A DNA stretch of 64,000 nt, from contig JAIBBJ010000199.1 in the NCBI GenBank assembly GCA_019694735.1, positions 16,661 through 80,660 of the forward strand. Reading direction: 5' to 3'. Position numbers and translations under genes: made by a program. The notes beneath the pieces were generated by a model, which did no database searches, had not been told where the DNA came from, and saw nothing but the letters and a program-made list of their open reading frames with translations. Shown here piece by piece: positions 18,789-27,939 of this stretch. This DNA comes from Gemmatimonadaceae bacterium (GTDB taxonomy: Bacteria; Gemmatimonadota; Gemmatimonadetes; Gemmatimonadales; Gemmatimonadaceae). How positions within the stretch are numbered: position 1 is the first letter of the stretch; each line of letters opens with the position of its first letter.

Positions 18789-20834
18789 ATGTCGTTCGTC
18801 CTCCGCAGCACCCTGGTCCTCGCCGTGGCGGCCCTCCCGGCCGCCGCACGCGCGCAGGCCGTCGGTCCCGACTCCGCCCGCCGCGCCACGCGCGACACGC
18901 TCGAGGCGGTCATGGTCCGCGCGACGCGCGCCGGGACCCCCACCCCGACCACGCGCACGACGCTCGCGCGCCGAGACATCGAACGGCTCAATCAGGGGCA
19001 GGATGCGCCGCTCCTGCTGCAAGCGCTCCCGAGCGTCACCACCACGAGCGACGCTGGTGCCTACTCCGGCTACAGCGCGATCCGGCTCCGCGGGGTGGAC
19101 CAGACGCGGCTCGCCATCTCGGTGGACGGCGTGCCGCTCAACGATCCCGAGGACCAGGTCCTCTACTTCTCCAACGTCCCCGACTTCCTCAATTCGATGG
19201 CGTCGGTGACGGTGCAGCGCGGCGTCGGCGCCAGCGCGTTCGGCACGGCGCCGTTCGCCGGCGCGCTGAACTTCGAGTCGGCGCCGCTCGCGACCGCCCG
19301 CGACCTCACCGAATACCAGCTCACGATGGGCTCGTTCGGCACGCGCCGCGCGAGCGTCGAGAAGGCAACCGGCCTCCACCGCGGATTCGCGGCGTACGGG
19401 CGGCTCTCCGCCCAGCGCACCGACGGCTACCGCGCGCACTCGGGCAACCGCGCACGCTCGGCCTTCCTCAGCGCCGGGTGGTTCGGCACGCGGGACGCCG
19501 TGAAGTTCACCGGATTCGCGGGGCGCTCGCGGATGCAGCTCGCGTACTACGCCGCCAGCGAGGCCGAACTGGCCGCGGACCGGCGCACCAACCCGATGAG
19601 TCCCGATGAGCGGGACGACTTCCACCAGGAGATGGCGAGCCTGCAGTGGACGCATGCCTTCGGCGAGCGGCTGCGCCTGCAGTCCACCGTGTACCGCAAC
19701 GGCGCCGGTGGCGCCTACGACGTCGCCGTCGCCCCCGAGCTCTGGAACTTCAACCTCGACCACCGCTGGGTGGGCCTGCTCTCCTCCCTCTCGTACGAGC
19801 GGCCGGGGCTGCAGGTGGCCGCCGGCGCGCACGCGAGCCGCTACAGCCGGGACCACTACCTCAAGATCCGCCCGGACCTCGACACGCGCATCTACGACAA
19901 CACCGGGTTCAAGGAGGAGCAGAGCGCGTTCGTGAAGGCCACGGTGACCCGCGGCGCGGTGGACCTCTCGGGCGACCTGCAGCTCCGGCGGGCCGCGTTC
20001 CGCTACCGGCCGAGCCCCGGCACGACCTTCCCCGAACCCTCCATCGACTGGGTCTTCCTCAACCCGAAGGTCGGGCTGACCTGGCGGGCCCGGCCGCGCG
20101 TCGAGCTCTTCGCGTCGCTCGGGAGCGCCGGGCGCGAGCCGACCCGAAGCGACCTCTTCGCCGGGAACGACGATCTCGACGATGCGACGGCCGCCGCCGT
20201 GCTGCCGCTCGACCGGGTCCGCCCCGAGCGGCTCCTCGATCTCGAGGCCGGTGTGCGCGTGCGCCGGGCGCGCCACTGGGTCTCGGCGAACGTCTTCTCG
20301 ATGCGGTTCGCGGACGAGATCGCCCCGATCGGGGCGCTCACCCTCAACGGCACCCAACTCCGTCGGAACGTCGGGCGGACCACCCGCACGGGCGTGGAGC
20401 TGGAGGGGAGCGCGGACCCCGGCTTCCAGCTCACGGTCAGCGGGAACCTGATGCTGCTCGACGCCCGCATCGCGCGGTACACCGACGAGGCGTCCGGCAC
20501 GACCTACCGCGATGTGCCGCCGCTGCTCACGCCGCGGGTGATCGGCAACCTGCAGCTGGTCCGGCACCAGGGGGACGGCGAGCTCTCGCTCGGCGTGCGC
20601 CACATCGGCCGCTCCCAGCTCGCCAACGACGGCAACGCCGCCCTCGTGACGCCGGCCTTCACCACCGTCGAGTTCGGCACCCTCATCCCGTTCCTCGGGA
20701 ATCTCATCCGGGTGCAGGTCCAGAACCTCCTCGATGCCCGGGGCTACGCGAGCGGCTACACCGACGGCACGACCCGCTACCTGTTCCCGGTCGCCGGGCG
20801 CACCATCCTGGCGACTTTGGTGATATCCTTCTAG
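18789..20834 (+). CDS. TonB-dependent receptor, probable thiamine(-precursor) uptake
   Basis: Signal peptide; TonB box-like DTLEAVMVRATR; plug QDAPLLL..PSV..TSDAG..GYS.IRLRG..DGVPLND; C-terminal Phe; directly downstream of the TPP riboswitch. Confidence 0.85.
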   Translation: MSFVLRSTLVLAVAALPAAARAQAVGPDSARRATRDTLEAVMVRATRAGTPTPTTRTTLARRDIERLNQGQDAPLLLQALPSVTTTSDAGAYSGYSAIRLRGVDQTRLAISVDGVPLNDPEDQVLYFSNVPDFLNSMASVTVQRGVGASAFGTAPFAGALNFESAPLATARDLTEYQLTMGSFGTRRASVEKATGLHRGFAAYGRLSAQRTDGYRAHSGNRARSAFLSAGWFGTRDAVKFTGFAGRSRMQLAYYAASEAELAADRRTNPMSPDERDDFHQEMASLQWTHAFGERLRLQSTVYRNGAGGAYDVAVAPELWNFNLDHRWVGLLSSLSYERPGLQVAAGAHASRYSRDHYLKIRPDLDTRIYDNTGFKEEQSAFVKATVTRGAVDLSGDLQLRRAAFRYRPSPGTTFPEPSIDWVFLNPKVGLTWRARPRVELFASLGSAGREPTRSDLFAGNDDLDDATAAAVLPLDRVRPERLLDLEAGVRVRRARHWVSANVFSMRFADEIAPIGALTLNGTQLRRNVGRTTRTGVELEGSADPGFQLTVSGNLMLLDARIARYTDEASGTTYRDVPPLLTPRVIGNLQLVRHQGDGELSLGVRHIGRSQLANDGNAALVTPAFTTVEFGTLIPFLGNLIRVQVQNLLDARGYASGYTDGTTRYLFPVAGRTILATLVISF

Positions 20835-20863
20835 GCATCTTCAGACCCATCAGGCCCCCCTGC

Positions 20864-21343
20864 ATGCCCGATCGCGTCCGTTCCCTCGCCGAGGAGATCC
20901 AGCAGACCCGACCGTGGAGTTCCGCGGCCGAGGAGGCGCTGGTCTCCGTGATGCGCACCTCCGCGCTCGTCCGGCGGCTGATCACGAAGAAGCTCGAGCC
21001 CTGCGGCATCTCGCAGCCGCAGTACAACGTGCTCCGCATCCTGCGGGGCGCGGGCCGCGAGGGGCTCCCGACGCTCGCCGTGCGCGACCGGCTCGTCGAG
21101 GAGGCGCCGGGGATCACCCGGCTGATCGACAAGCTCGAGCGCGGGAAGTACGTCAAGCGCGACCGTTCGGGACGTGACCGCCGGACCGTGCGCGTGCAGA
21201 TCACGGCGGCCGGGCTCGAACTGCTCACCCGAGCCGACGTGCTCGTGCGCGAAGCGCAGCAGGCGATCGAGCGGGGCCTCCCGAACGCCGAGGACCAGCA
21301 GGCGCTCGTCGCGCTCCTCGCCAAGGCCCGTTCGGCGCTCTGA
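20864..21343 (+). CDS. MarR family transcriptional regulator
   Basis: ISQPQYNVLRILRGAG...ITRLIDKLERGKYVKR..SGRDRRTVRVQITAAG. Confidence 0.9.
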   Translation: MPDRVRSLAEEIQQTRPWSSAAEEALVSVMRTSALVRRLITKKLEPCGISQPQYNVLRILRGAGREGLPTLAVRDRLVEEAPGITRLIDKLERGKYVKRDRSGRDRRTVRVQITAAGLELLTRADVLVREAQQAIERGLPNAEDQQALVALLAKARSAL

Positions 21344-21394
21344 CGTCGCGGCTCGGCGCGACGTCAGAGCGCCGCGCGGCTCAGCCGGCGAGCG

Positions 21395-22285
21395 TCACGG
21401 CGTGCCGCCGGCCACCGTCGGCAGGTTGCGCAGCTGCCACTCCTGATAGGACCCGTCGAACAGGCGCGCGTCGTATCCCAGCCAGTGCGCGATGAACCAC
21501 GTGGCGCTCGCGCGGTAGCCGACCCAGCAGTACGTCGCCACCTGGTCGCCGGCGCGCACGCGCTCGGCGAACAGGCGCTCGAGTTCCGCCCGCGGCTTCA
21601 GCGTGATCGCGCTGTCGGCGAAGAGGTCCTCCCACTCCAGCTGGCGCGCGCCGGCGAGGTGGCCGGCGCTCGGCATCCCGCTCCGGTTGCCGCTGCCGTT
21701 GTACTCGCCGGTGGTGCGCGTGTCGATTAAGCCGGTCCCCGGCTTGCCGAGGCGGCCGAGCATCCAGTCGGCGGAGGCGACCACGTCGCGCGGCGGCTGC
21801 GCCGACATCCGGCCCGGCGCCGGGACGGGCGCGGGGGGTGCGACCGGGCGGCCCTCCGCCCGCCAGCGCGCGAGCCCGCCGTCGAGGTACGCATAGCGCG
21901 CGTGGCTGAGCGCCGCGAGGGAGAAGAGCGCGCGCGTGGCCATCGGCCCCTGGTGCGCGAAGACCACCACGAGGTCACCGTCCGAGACGCCCAGGGCCGC
22001 GAAGCGCGCCCGCAGCGTGTCGGCGGGCGGCAGCTGCGTCGAGAGGCCGCCCTCGCGCACCACGAGCCGCGCGTACGGCAGCTGCCGGGCGCCGGGAATC
22101 GTCGCGGTGGCGCTGTCGGTCATCGTGATCTCGATGAGCCGGACGCGCGGATCGGACGTGTGCTCGGCCACCCATGCGGTGGTCACCACCTGCGGGCCGT
22201 CGGGCATGTCGCTCCGCCCGCTGGATTGCGCGGCGAGGGCCCCGGCGGAGGACAGGAGGAGGGCAACGGCGAGCGACACACGCAT
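21395..22285 (-). CDS. Exported two-domain rhodanese / sulfurtransferase
   Basis: Signal peptide; LRARFAALGVS; YLDGGLARW; GHLAGARQLEW; active-site loop YCWVGYRAS; LFDGSYQEW. Confidence 0.85.
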   Translation of the reverse strand: MRVSLAVALLLSSAGALAAQSSGRSDMPDGPQVVTTAWVAEHTSDPRVRLIEITMTDSATATIPGARQLPYARLVVREGGLSTQLPPADTLRARFAALGVSDGDLVVVFAHQGPMATRALFSLAALSHARYAYLDGGLARWRAEGRPVAPPAPVPAPGRMSAQPPRDVVASADWMLGRLGKPGTGLIDTRTTGEYNGSGNRSGMPSAGHLAGARQLEWEDLFADSAITLKPRAELERLFAERVRAGDQVATYCWVGYRASATWFIAHWLGYDARLFDGSYQEWQLRNLPTVAGGTP

Positions 22286-22362
22286 CGGGGGGCTCCAAGC
22301 AGGGATGGCTGAACGCTAGGGGAGGTTCGGTCCCGGGGCGAGCGGCACCCGGGCGGGCGCGG

Positions 22363-23922
22363 TCAACGCCGGCGCCGCGTTCCGCCGCCGAGGAGCGACC
22401 CGAGCACGCCGCGCACCAGCTCCCGCGCGATGCTGTTGCCGACGGTGCGGGCCGCGCTCTTGGCGACGAGGTCCACCATCCCGTCCCGGCGGCCACCCCG
22501 CGGGCCCGTCGAGCCGAAGATCAGTCCTCCCAGCCCGCCGAGCACTGCGCCCGCGGCCCCGGCGGCGCCGATCCCGCCGCCCGCCGGCCCTCCGCCGCCC
22601 GGCATCGGCGGCGGCGCACTGGAGGATGCGGTGCCCGCGCCCGCCTGCTCGGCCCGCGCCTTCAGCCGCTCGAACGCCGACTCGCGGTCCTGCGCCTGCT
22701 CGTACACGCCGGCGACGAGGGAGCGCTGCCGGAGCGCCGCCCGCTCGTCGGGCGTGATCGGCCCGATCTGCGAGCCCGGCGCGTACATCCACGCCCGTTC
22801 CGTGATGCCCGGCGTGCCCTTGGCGTCGAGCAGCGAGACGAGGGCTTCGCCCACCCCGAGCTCGAGGATCGCGGTCGCGATGTCGAGCGTGGGATTCGCC
22901 CGCATCGTCTCCGCCGTCGCGCGCACCGCCTTCTGGTCCTTCGGCGTGAACGCCCGGAGCGCGTGCTGCACGCGGTTGCCGAGCTGGGCCGCGACCTTCT
23001 CCGGGATGTCGACCGGGTTCTGCGTGATGAAGTACACGCCGACGCCCTTCGAGCGGATGAGCCGTACCACGAGCTCCACCTTCTCCACCAGCGCCGCCGG
23101 CGCGTCGGCGAAGAGCAGATGCGCCTCGTCGAAGAAGAACACGAGCTTCGGCTGCTCGAGGTCGCCCACCTCGGGCAGGTTCTCGAACAGCTCCGACAGG
23201 AGCCAGAGCAGGAAGCACGCGTAGAGGCGCGGGCTCTGCATCAGCCGGTCGGCCGCCAGGACGTTGACGACGCCGCGCCCGTCGGCCGCCTGCATCAGGT
23301 CGGCGATGTCGAGCATCGGCTCGCCGAAGAAGCGGTCGCCGCCCTGGTCCTCGAGCTGCAGCAGCCCGCGCTGGATCGCACCGATCGACGCCGCCGAGAC
23401 GTTGCCGTACTGCGTCTTCACCTGGGCCGCGTTGTCGCCGACGAACTGCACCATGGCCCGCAGGTCCTTCAGGTCGAGCAGCAGCAGCCCGTTGTCGTCG
23501 GCGACGCGGAACACGATGGAGAGCACGCCCTCCTGCGTCTCGTTCAGGCCGAGGAGGCGGCTCAGCAGCAACGGTCCCATGTCGGAGATCGTGGCGCGCA
23601 CCGGATGGCCCTGCTCGCCGAACACGTCCCAGAAGGTGACGGGACAGGCCGCGAGCGCGGGCGTCGGGAGCCCGCGCTCGCTGAGGCGCCCGGCGAGTTT
23701 CTCGCTGATGGTCCCCGCCTTGCCCATGCCGCTCAGGTCGCCCTTCACGTCGGCGAGGAAGACCGGCACGCCGATGCGGGAGAAGTGCTCGGCGAGCACC
23801 TGCAGCGAGATCGTCTTCCCGGTGCCGGTGGCACCGGTGATCAGGCCGTGGCGGTTGGCGAGGGCCGGGAGGAGGGCCAGTTCGCCGGCGGCGGACTTCG
23901 CGATCGCGAGGGGCTCGGTCAT
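22363..23922 (-). CDS. DUF853 (YjgR-like) HerA-like P-loop ATPase
   Basis: [16 protein letters not shown]; DVKGDLSG; [10 protein letters not shown]; [16 protein letters not shown]; [20 protein letters not shown]. Confidence 0.9.
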   Translation of the reverse strand: MTEPLAIAKSAAGELALLPALANRHGLITGATGTGKTISLQVLAEHFSRIGVPVFLADVKGDLSGMGKAGTISEKLAGRLSERGLPTPALAACPVTFWDVFGEQGHPVRATISDMGPLLLSRLLGLNETQEGVLSIVFRVADDNGLLLLDLKDLRAMVQFVGDNAAQVKTQYGNVSAASIGAIQRGLLQLEDQGGDRFFGEPMLDIADLMQAADGRGVVNVLAADRLMQSPRLYACFLLWLLSELFENLPEVGDLEQPKLVFFFDEAHLLFADAPAALVEKVELVVRLIRSKGVGVYFITQNPVDIPEKVAAQLGNRVQHALRAFTPKDQKAVRATAETMRANPTLDIATAILELGVGEALVSLLDAKGTPGITERAWMYAPGSQIGPITPDERAALRQRSLVAGVYEQAQDRESAFERLKARAEQAGAGTASSSAPPPMPGGGGPAGGGIGAAGAAGAVLGGLGGLIFGSTGPRGGRRDGMVDLVAKSAARTVGNSIARELVRGVLGSLLGGGTRRRR

Positions 23923-25400
23923 GGACGGAGGGGACGGATCTTCTTGATGAGGTCGCCTTCCAAGATACCATCCACGACCGCGATGCCGGAGACCACCTCG
24001 CCCCAGACGGTGTAGTCCCGGTCGAGGCGCGCGTTGTCACGGAGGTTCACGAACCACTGGGCATCCCCGGTATCGTGCCCGCGCGTGCTCATCCCGAGCG
24101 TGCCGCGGGCGTGGGGCACCGTGCCGAGCTCGTCGCGGAGGTACTGCGCGAGCCCCACGTACTCGTTCGCGCCGGGGCTGCCGCCCTGGATCACGAAGTC
24201 GTGCTCCACCCGGTGCCAGCGGAGTCCGTCGTAGTAGCCGTCCCTCGCCAGGGCGTAGAGCCGCGCCGCCATCAGCGGCGCGACATCGCCGCGCAGCCGC
24301 ACGTCGAAGGTCCCGCCGCCGCTCCGCTTGTCCATCGTCACGCGGAGCCGGAGCTCGCGGCCGAGTGCGAGGGCCACCGCCTCCCGCGGCAGCGTCGCGC
24401 GCACCGGGGGCGGACGGTCCTCGCTCGCCGGACGCCCCGCGGCCGCGAGGAGCGCCAGCCGGGCGTCGCGCTCGCTGGCATTGGCCCGTTGCACGAAGCG
24501 CTCGAAGGCGCGTTGCGCGGCCGGCCCCGCGTCGCCGCGCGCCGAGCCCGTGACCGCCTCCGCGGCCGCGCGCACCACCTGCGCCCCCTCGCGCGAGAGC
24601 GCGGCCACGAAGAGCGCGTCATCGGCGTGGCCGGTCAGCGTGCGCAGCAGCGGGATCGCGGTCTCGGCCACGTTGTCGTCGCGGTCCCGCGCCAGCTGCC
24701 GGAGGGTCACCGTGTCCTGGAGCAGCGCCGCGGCGCGCGCGGCGTACTGGCGCAGGTGCGCGTCGCGGTCGCTCGTGAAACGGGCCATCGCCCACCGAGC
24801 CTCCTGGGGGGCGACGCGCGCGAGGGCCACCAGGGCCTGCGCCCCGGCCTGCCAGCTCACGCCGCCGCGCGGGCGGCGCGACACGTCGGTGGGCATCTCG
24901 CGGATCCAGCGGGCGAACGTCTGCACGAGCGCCTCGTCGCCGGCGCAGCTCCCGCGCACGAGCTGCGCGGCGCGCAGGCGGACCGGCCACGCGCTGTCGG
25001 CGGCCGCGAGCCGGAGCGCGGCGCAGTCGTCACGGAGCGCGGCGAGCTGGCGGTATCGGATGCGCCACGCCGGTTCCACCCAGGTCGGGGGCGGCCGGAG
25101 CGCGGGGCCCTGCGTACGCGCCGCGAACTGCGGGTCCTGGATGCGGCCGACGGCGCGCTCGGCGAGCGCCCGCACACGGGCGTCGGGATGCGCGCGTCCC
25201 TCGGCCAACGCCGGGTCGGCGACGTCCCGCCGGTCCTCGGCGAGGAGGATCCGCCCGACGAGCGCCGAGTCCGCGCGGGCGAGGGCGGCGGCCTGCGCCG
25301 GGAGTGCTTCCGGCAGCACGCCGGTGGCGAGGGCGGAGGCGAACGCGGCCGCCGCGACGGTGTGCCACGCCCGGGAACCGCGCGAGGAGGCTGGGGTCAT
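23919..25400 (-). CDS. Exported HEAT-repeat + cyclophilin-type peptidyl-prolyl isomerase
   Basis: Signal-like N-terminus; HEAT-like helices; [20 protein letters not shown]; [21 protein letters not shown]; [10 protein letters not shown]; ATGA overlap with the ATPase gene. Confidence 0.85.
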   Translation of the reverse strand: MTPASSRGSRAWHTVAAAAFASALATGVLPEALPAQAAALARADSALVGRILLAEDRRDVADPALAEGRAHPDARVRALAERAVGRIQDPQFAARTQGPALRPPPTWVEPAWRIRYRQLAALRDDCAALRLAAADSAWPVRLRAAQLVRGSCAGDEALVQTFARWIREMPTDVSRRPRGGVSWQAGAQALVALARVAPQEARWAMARFTSDRDAHLRQYAARAAALLQDTVTLRQLARDRDDNVAETAIPLLRTLTGHADDALFVAALSREGAQVVRAAAEAVTGSARGDAGPAAQRAFERFVQRANASERDARLALLAAAGRPASEDRPPPVRATLPREAVALALGRELRLRVTMDKRSGGGTFDVRLRGDVAPLMAARLYALARDGYYDGLRWHRVEHDFVIQGGSPGANEYVGLAQYLRDELGTVPHARGTLGMSTRGHDTGDAQWFVNLRDNARLDRDYTVWGEVVSGIAVVDGILEGDLIKKIRPLRP

Positions 25401-25462
25401 GGGGGAACGTTGCGCCGCCCGCTCGCTTCCCGCCACCGGCGCCCCTCGCCAGCTTTCACGCG

Positions 25463-25975
25463 ATGCTCATCCTGAAATTCCTCCAGACGCTCATCAAGGC
25501 GCTCAACTCCGACGGGACCCCCGGCCAGGTGGGCATGGGGATGGCCCTCGGTCTCTGCCTCGGCCTCTCGCCGCTGATGAGCCTGCACAACCTCGTGGTC
25601 CTCGCGATCGCCTTCCTCACCACCGTCTCCATCCCGGGCTTCATGCTCGGCTGGGCGATCGCCGTGCCACTCGGGTTCGCCCTCGACCCGGTCTTCGATC
25701 GGGTCGGCATGGCCCTCCTGATGAACGACGGTCTCGCGCCCGCCTTCACCTGGGTGGTGAACACCCCCGTGGTCGCCTGGTCGCGCCTCAACAACTCGAT
25801 CGTCGTCGGCAGCCTCGCGGTCTGGCTCGCGGCGCTCCTGCCCGCGTTCCTCGTCTTCCGGTACCTGGTGGCGAAGTACCGCGCGCACGTGTTCGCGCGC
25901 CTCGAGCGCCTGAAGGTCTTCCAGGCCATCAAGGCGTCCAAGCTCTACCAGATGTACGAGATGTTCCGTCCATGA
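25463..25975 (+). CDS. TIGR03546 family membrane protein
   Basis: LIKALNSDGTPGQVGMGMALG..LGLSP; FALDPVFDRVG; NNSIVVGS; paired with a TIGR03545-like gene. Confidence 0.85.
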   Translation: MLILKFLQTLIKALNSDGTPGQVGMGMALGLCLGLSPLMSLHNLVVLAIAFLTTVSIPGFMLGWAIAVPLGFALDPVFDRVGMALLMNDGLAPAFTWVVNTPVVAWSRLNNSIVVGSLAVWLAALLPAFLVFRYLVAKYRAHVFARLERLKVFQAIKASKLYQMYEMFRP

Positions 25976-27801
25976 GCTGGATCCGCTGGAAGGCCCTCGT
26001 CCCGCTGGTGCTCGTCCTCCTCCTCGTGGTCGGCGCCACGATCCTGTTCCTCGACCCGGCCGTGCGGCGCGGCATCGAGGCCGGCGGGACCGCCGCGGTC
26101 GGCGCGAAGGTGGACCTCGCGCGCGCCCATGTCGGCATCCTCGACGGCCACGTCACCCTCGCCGGCCTCCAGGTCACGGACCCGTCGGCGCCGATGACGA
26201 ATCTCGTCGAGGCCGACGCGCTCGTCTTCGATGTCGGCATCCTGCCGGCGCTCTCGGGCAAGGTCGTCATCGACACGGTGGCCGCGCGCGGCATCCGCTT
26301 CGGCACCCCGCGGCGCACCTCCGGCGCGATCCCGCAGCCCTCGGACCCCGCGCCCGAGGAGCCGAGCGCGGTCCGCAAGGTCATCGACGAGTGGATGGCG
26401 CAGGTGAAGGTGCCGCCCCTCTCGCTCGAGACGCTCACGCAGACGGTGAACGTGGACGCGATCAGCGCCGAGAGCCTGGCGACGCTCCGCGCGGCGCGTG
26501 CGGTCGCGAGCTTCGCCGACTCGGCGCGTGACCGCTTCACGGCCGGCTACCGGGCCCTCGACCCGCGGCCGACGATCGACTCCGCGGAGGCGCTCGCCAC
26601 CCGCTTGCGCAGCGCGAACCTGCGCACCCTCGGCCTCGCCGGCGCCCGGCAGGCGGCGACCGACGTGCGGCGCACCATCCGCGACCTCGACGCACTCGAT
26701 GACAAGCTGAAGGCGTTCGAGCGCAGCACCCGCGCCGATGCCGACTCGATCAAGGGCCGCGTGGAAGCGGTCGGCCGCGCACGCGCGACCGACTATGCGT
26801 ACGCGAAGTCGCTGCTCCGGCTCCCGAGCTTCGAGATCCCGGCGATCGGTCCGCAGCTCTTCTCGCCGATCATCGCCGAGAAGGTCGGCGAGGTGATGTA
26901 CTGGGTGAACATGGCCGAGCGCTACGTGCCGCCGGGCATGAAGCGGTCCATGGAGCAGGGGCCGGCGCGCGTGCGCGCATCGGGCACGACCGTGCGGTTC
27001 CCGGTCGAGAAGGTCTATCCGGACTTCCTCGCGCGGCTCGCCGAGCTCTCACTCGCCATCGGCGGCGAGGGCGCGGCGGCCGGCGAGTACCAGGCGCGGA
27101 TCGTCGGGCTCACCACGCAGCCGGCGGTGTACGGTGCGCCGACGCGCTTCCTCGTCAGTCGGGCCGAGGGGAAGGTCGGACCGCGCGACGCGCGCATCAC
27201 CGGCTCCCTCGATCATCGGGGCACGCCGCGCGACTCACTCACCGCAACGCTCACCGGCTTCCCGCTCCCCACGATGCCGCTCGCCGGACTCGGTGGCGCG
27301 GTCGCCCTCGGCGACGGCACCTCGGCGCTGGTGGTCGCGCGCGACGGCGACCGGCTCGGGGGCCGCTGGCTCTGGCGGTCGACGGCGGTGCGTTGGCAGC
27401 GCGACAGCGCGGCCGCGCCCAGGGCGACGACACCGGCGATGCGGCTGGTCGAGGAGGCCCTCTGGCGGGCGATGACCCGCATCGAGGCCGTCGAGATCGA
27501 GGCGCGCTTCAGCGGATCCGTCACGCGCCCCGAGCTCGCGGTGCGCACCAACATCGCCGACGCGGTCGCCAACGCCCTCAAGGCCCAACTCGGGGAGGAG
27601 GTGCGCCGCGCGGAGCAACAGGTGCGGGCGCGGGTGGACGCGCTCGTGGATCAGAAGGCGCGCGAGGCGCGAGCGAAGGCCGACGAGGTGCGGCAGCAGG
27701 CGGAGCAGCGGCTCGCCGAGGAGCGGGCGAAGCTCGAGGCGCAGAAGGCCGCGCTCGAGGCTCGGCTGCGCGACCTCGTGCGGATCCCCGGCATCGGCTG
27801 A
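25972..27801 (+). CDS. TIGR03545 family (AsmA-like) protein
   Basis: IRWKALVP N-terminal anchor; GAKVDL; QVTDPSAPMTNLVEAD; R.SG..V.FP..K.YPDFL; C-terminal coiled coil; ATGA overlap with TIGR03546 gene. Confidence 0.8.
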   Translation: MSWIRWKALVPLVLVLLLVVGATILFLDPAVRRGIEAGGTAAVGAKVDLARAHVGILDGHVTLAGLQVTDPSAPMTNLVEADALVFDVGILPALSGKVVIDTVAARGIRFGTPRRTSGAIPQPSDPAPEEPSAVRKVIDEWMAQVKVPPLSLETLTQTVNVDAISAESLATLRAARAVASFADSARDRFTAGYRALDPRPTIDSAEALATRLRSANLRTLGLAGARQAATDVRRTIRDLDALDDKLKAFERSTRADADSIKGRVEAVGRARATDYAYAKSLLRLPSFEIPAIGPQLFSPIIAEKVGEVMYWVNMAERYVPPGMKRSMEQGPARVRASGTTVRFPVEKVYPDFLARLAELSLAIGGEGAAAGEYQARIVGLTTQPAVYGAPTRFLVSRAEGKVGPRDARITGSLDHRGTPRDSLTATLTGFPLPTMPLAGLGGAVALGDGTSALVVARDGDRLGGRWLWRSTAVRWQRDSAAAPRATTPAMRLVEEALWRAMTRIEAVEIEARFSGSVTRPELAVRTNIADAVANALKAQLGEEVRRAEQQVRARVDALVDQKAREARAKADEVRQQAEQRLAEERAKLEAQKAALEARLRDLVRIPGIG

Positions 27802-27939
27802 CGGCTCGGGAGGCGACGGCGCCGTCATCGGGCCGTCGCCGGTGCGTTGCACGGCCGTGACGGGACGATGCCGGCGGGGTGACACGGCGCGCCGAACCTT
27901 CGGCGTTCCGACCGACCTCCACCCTCGCCCCGCCCTCCC

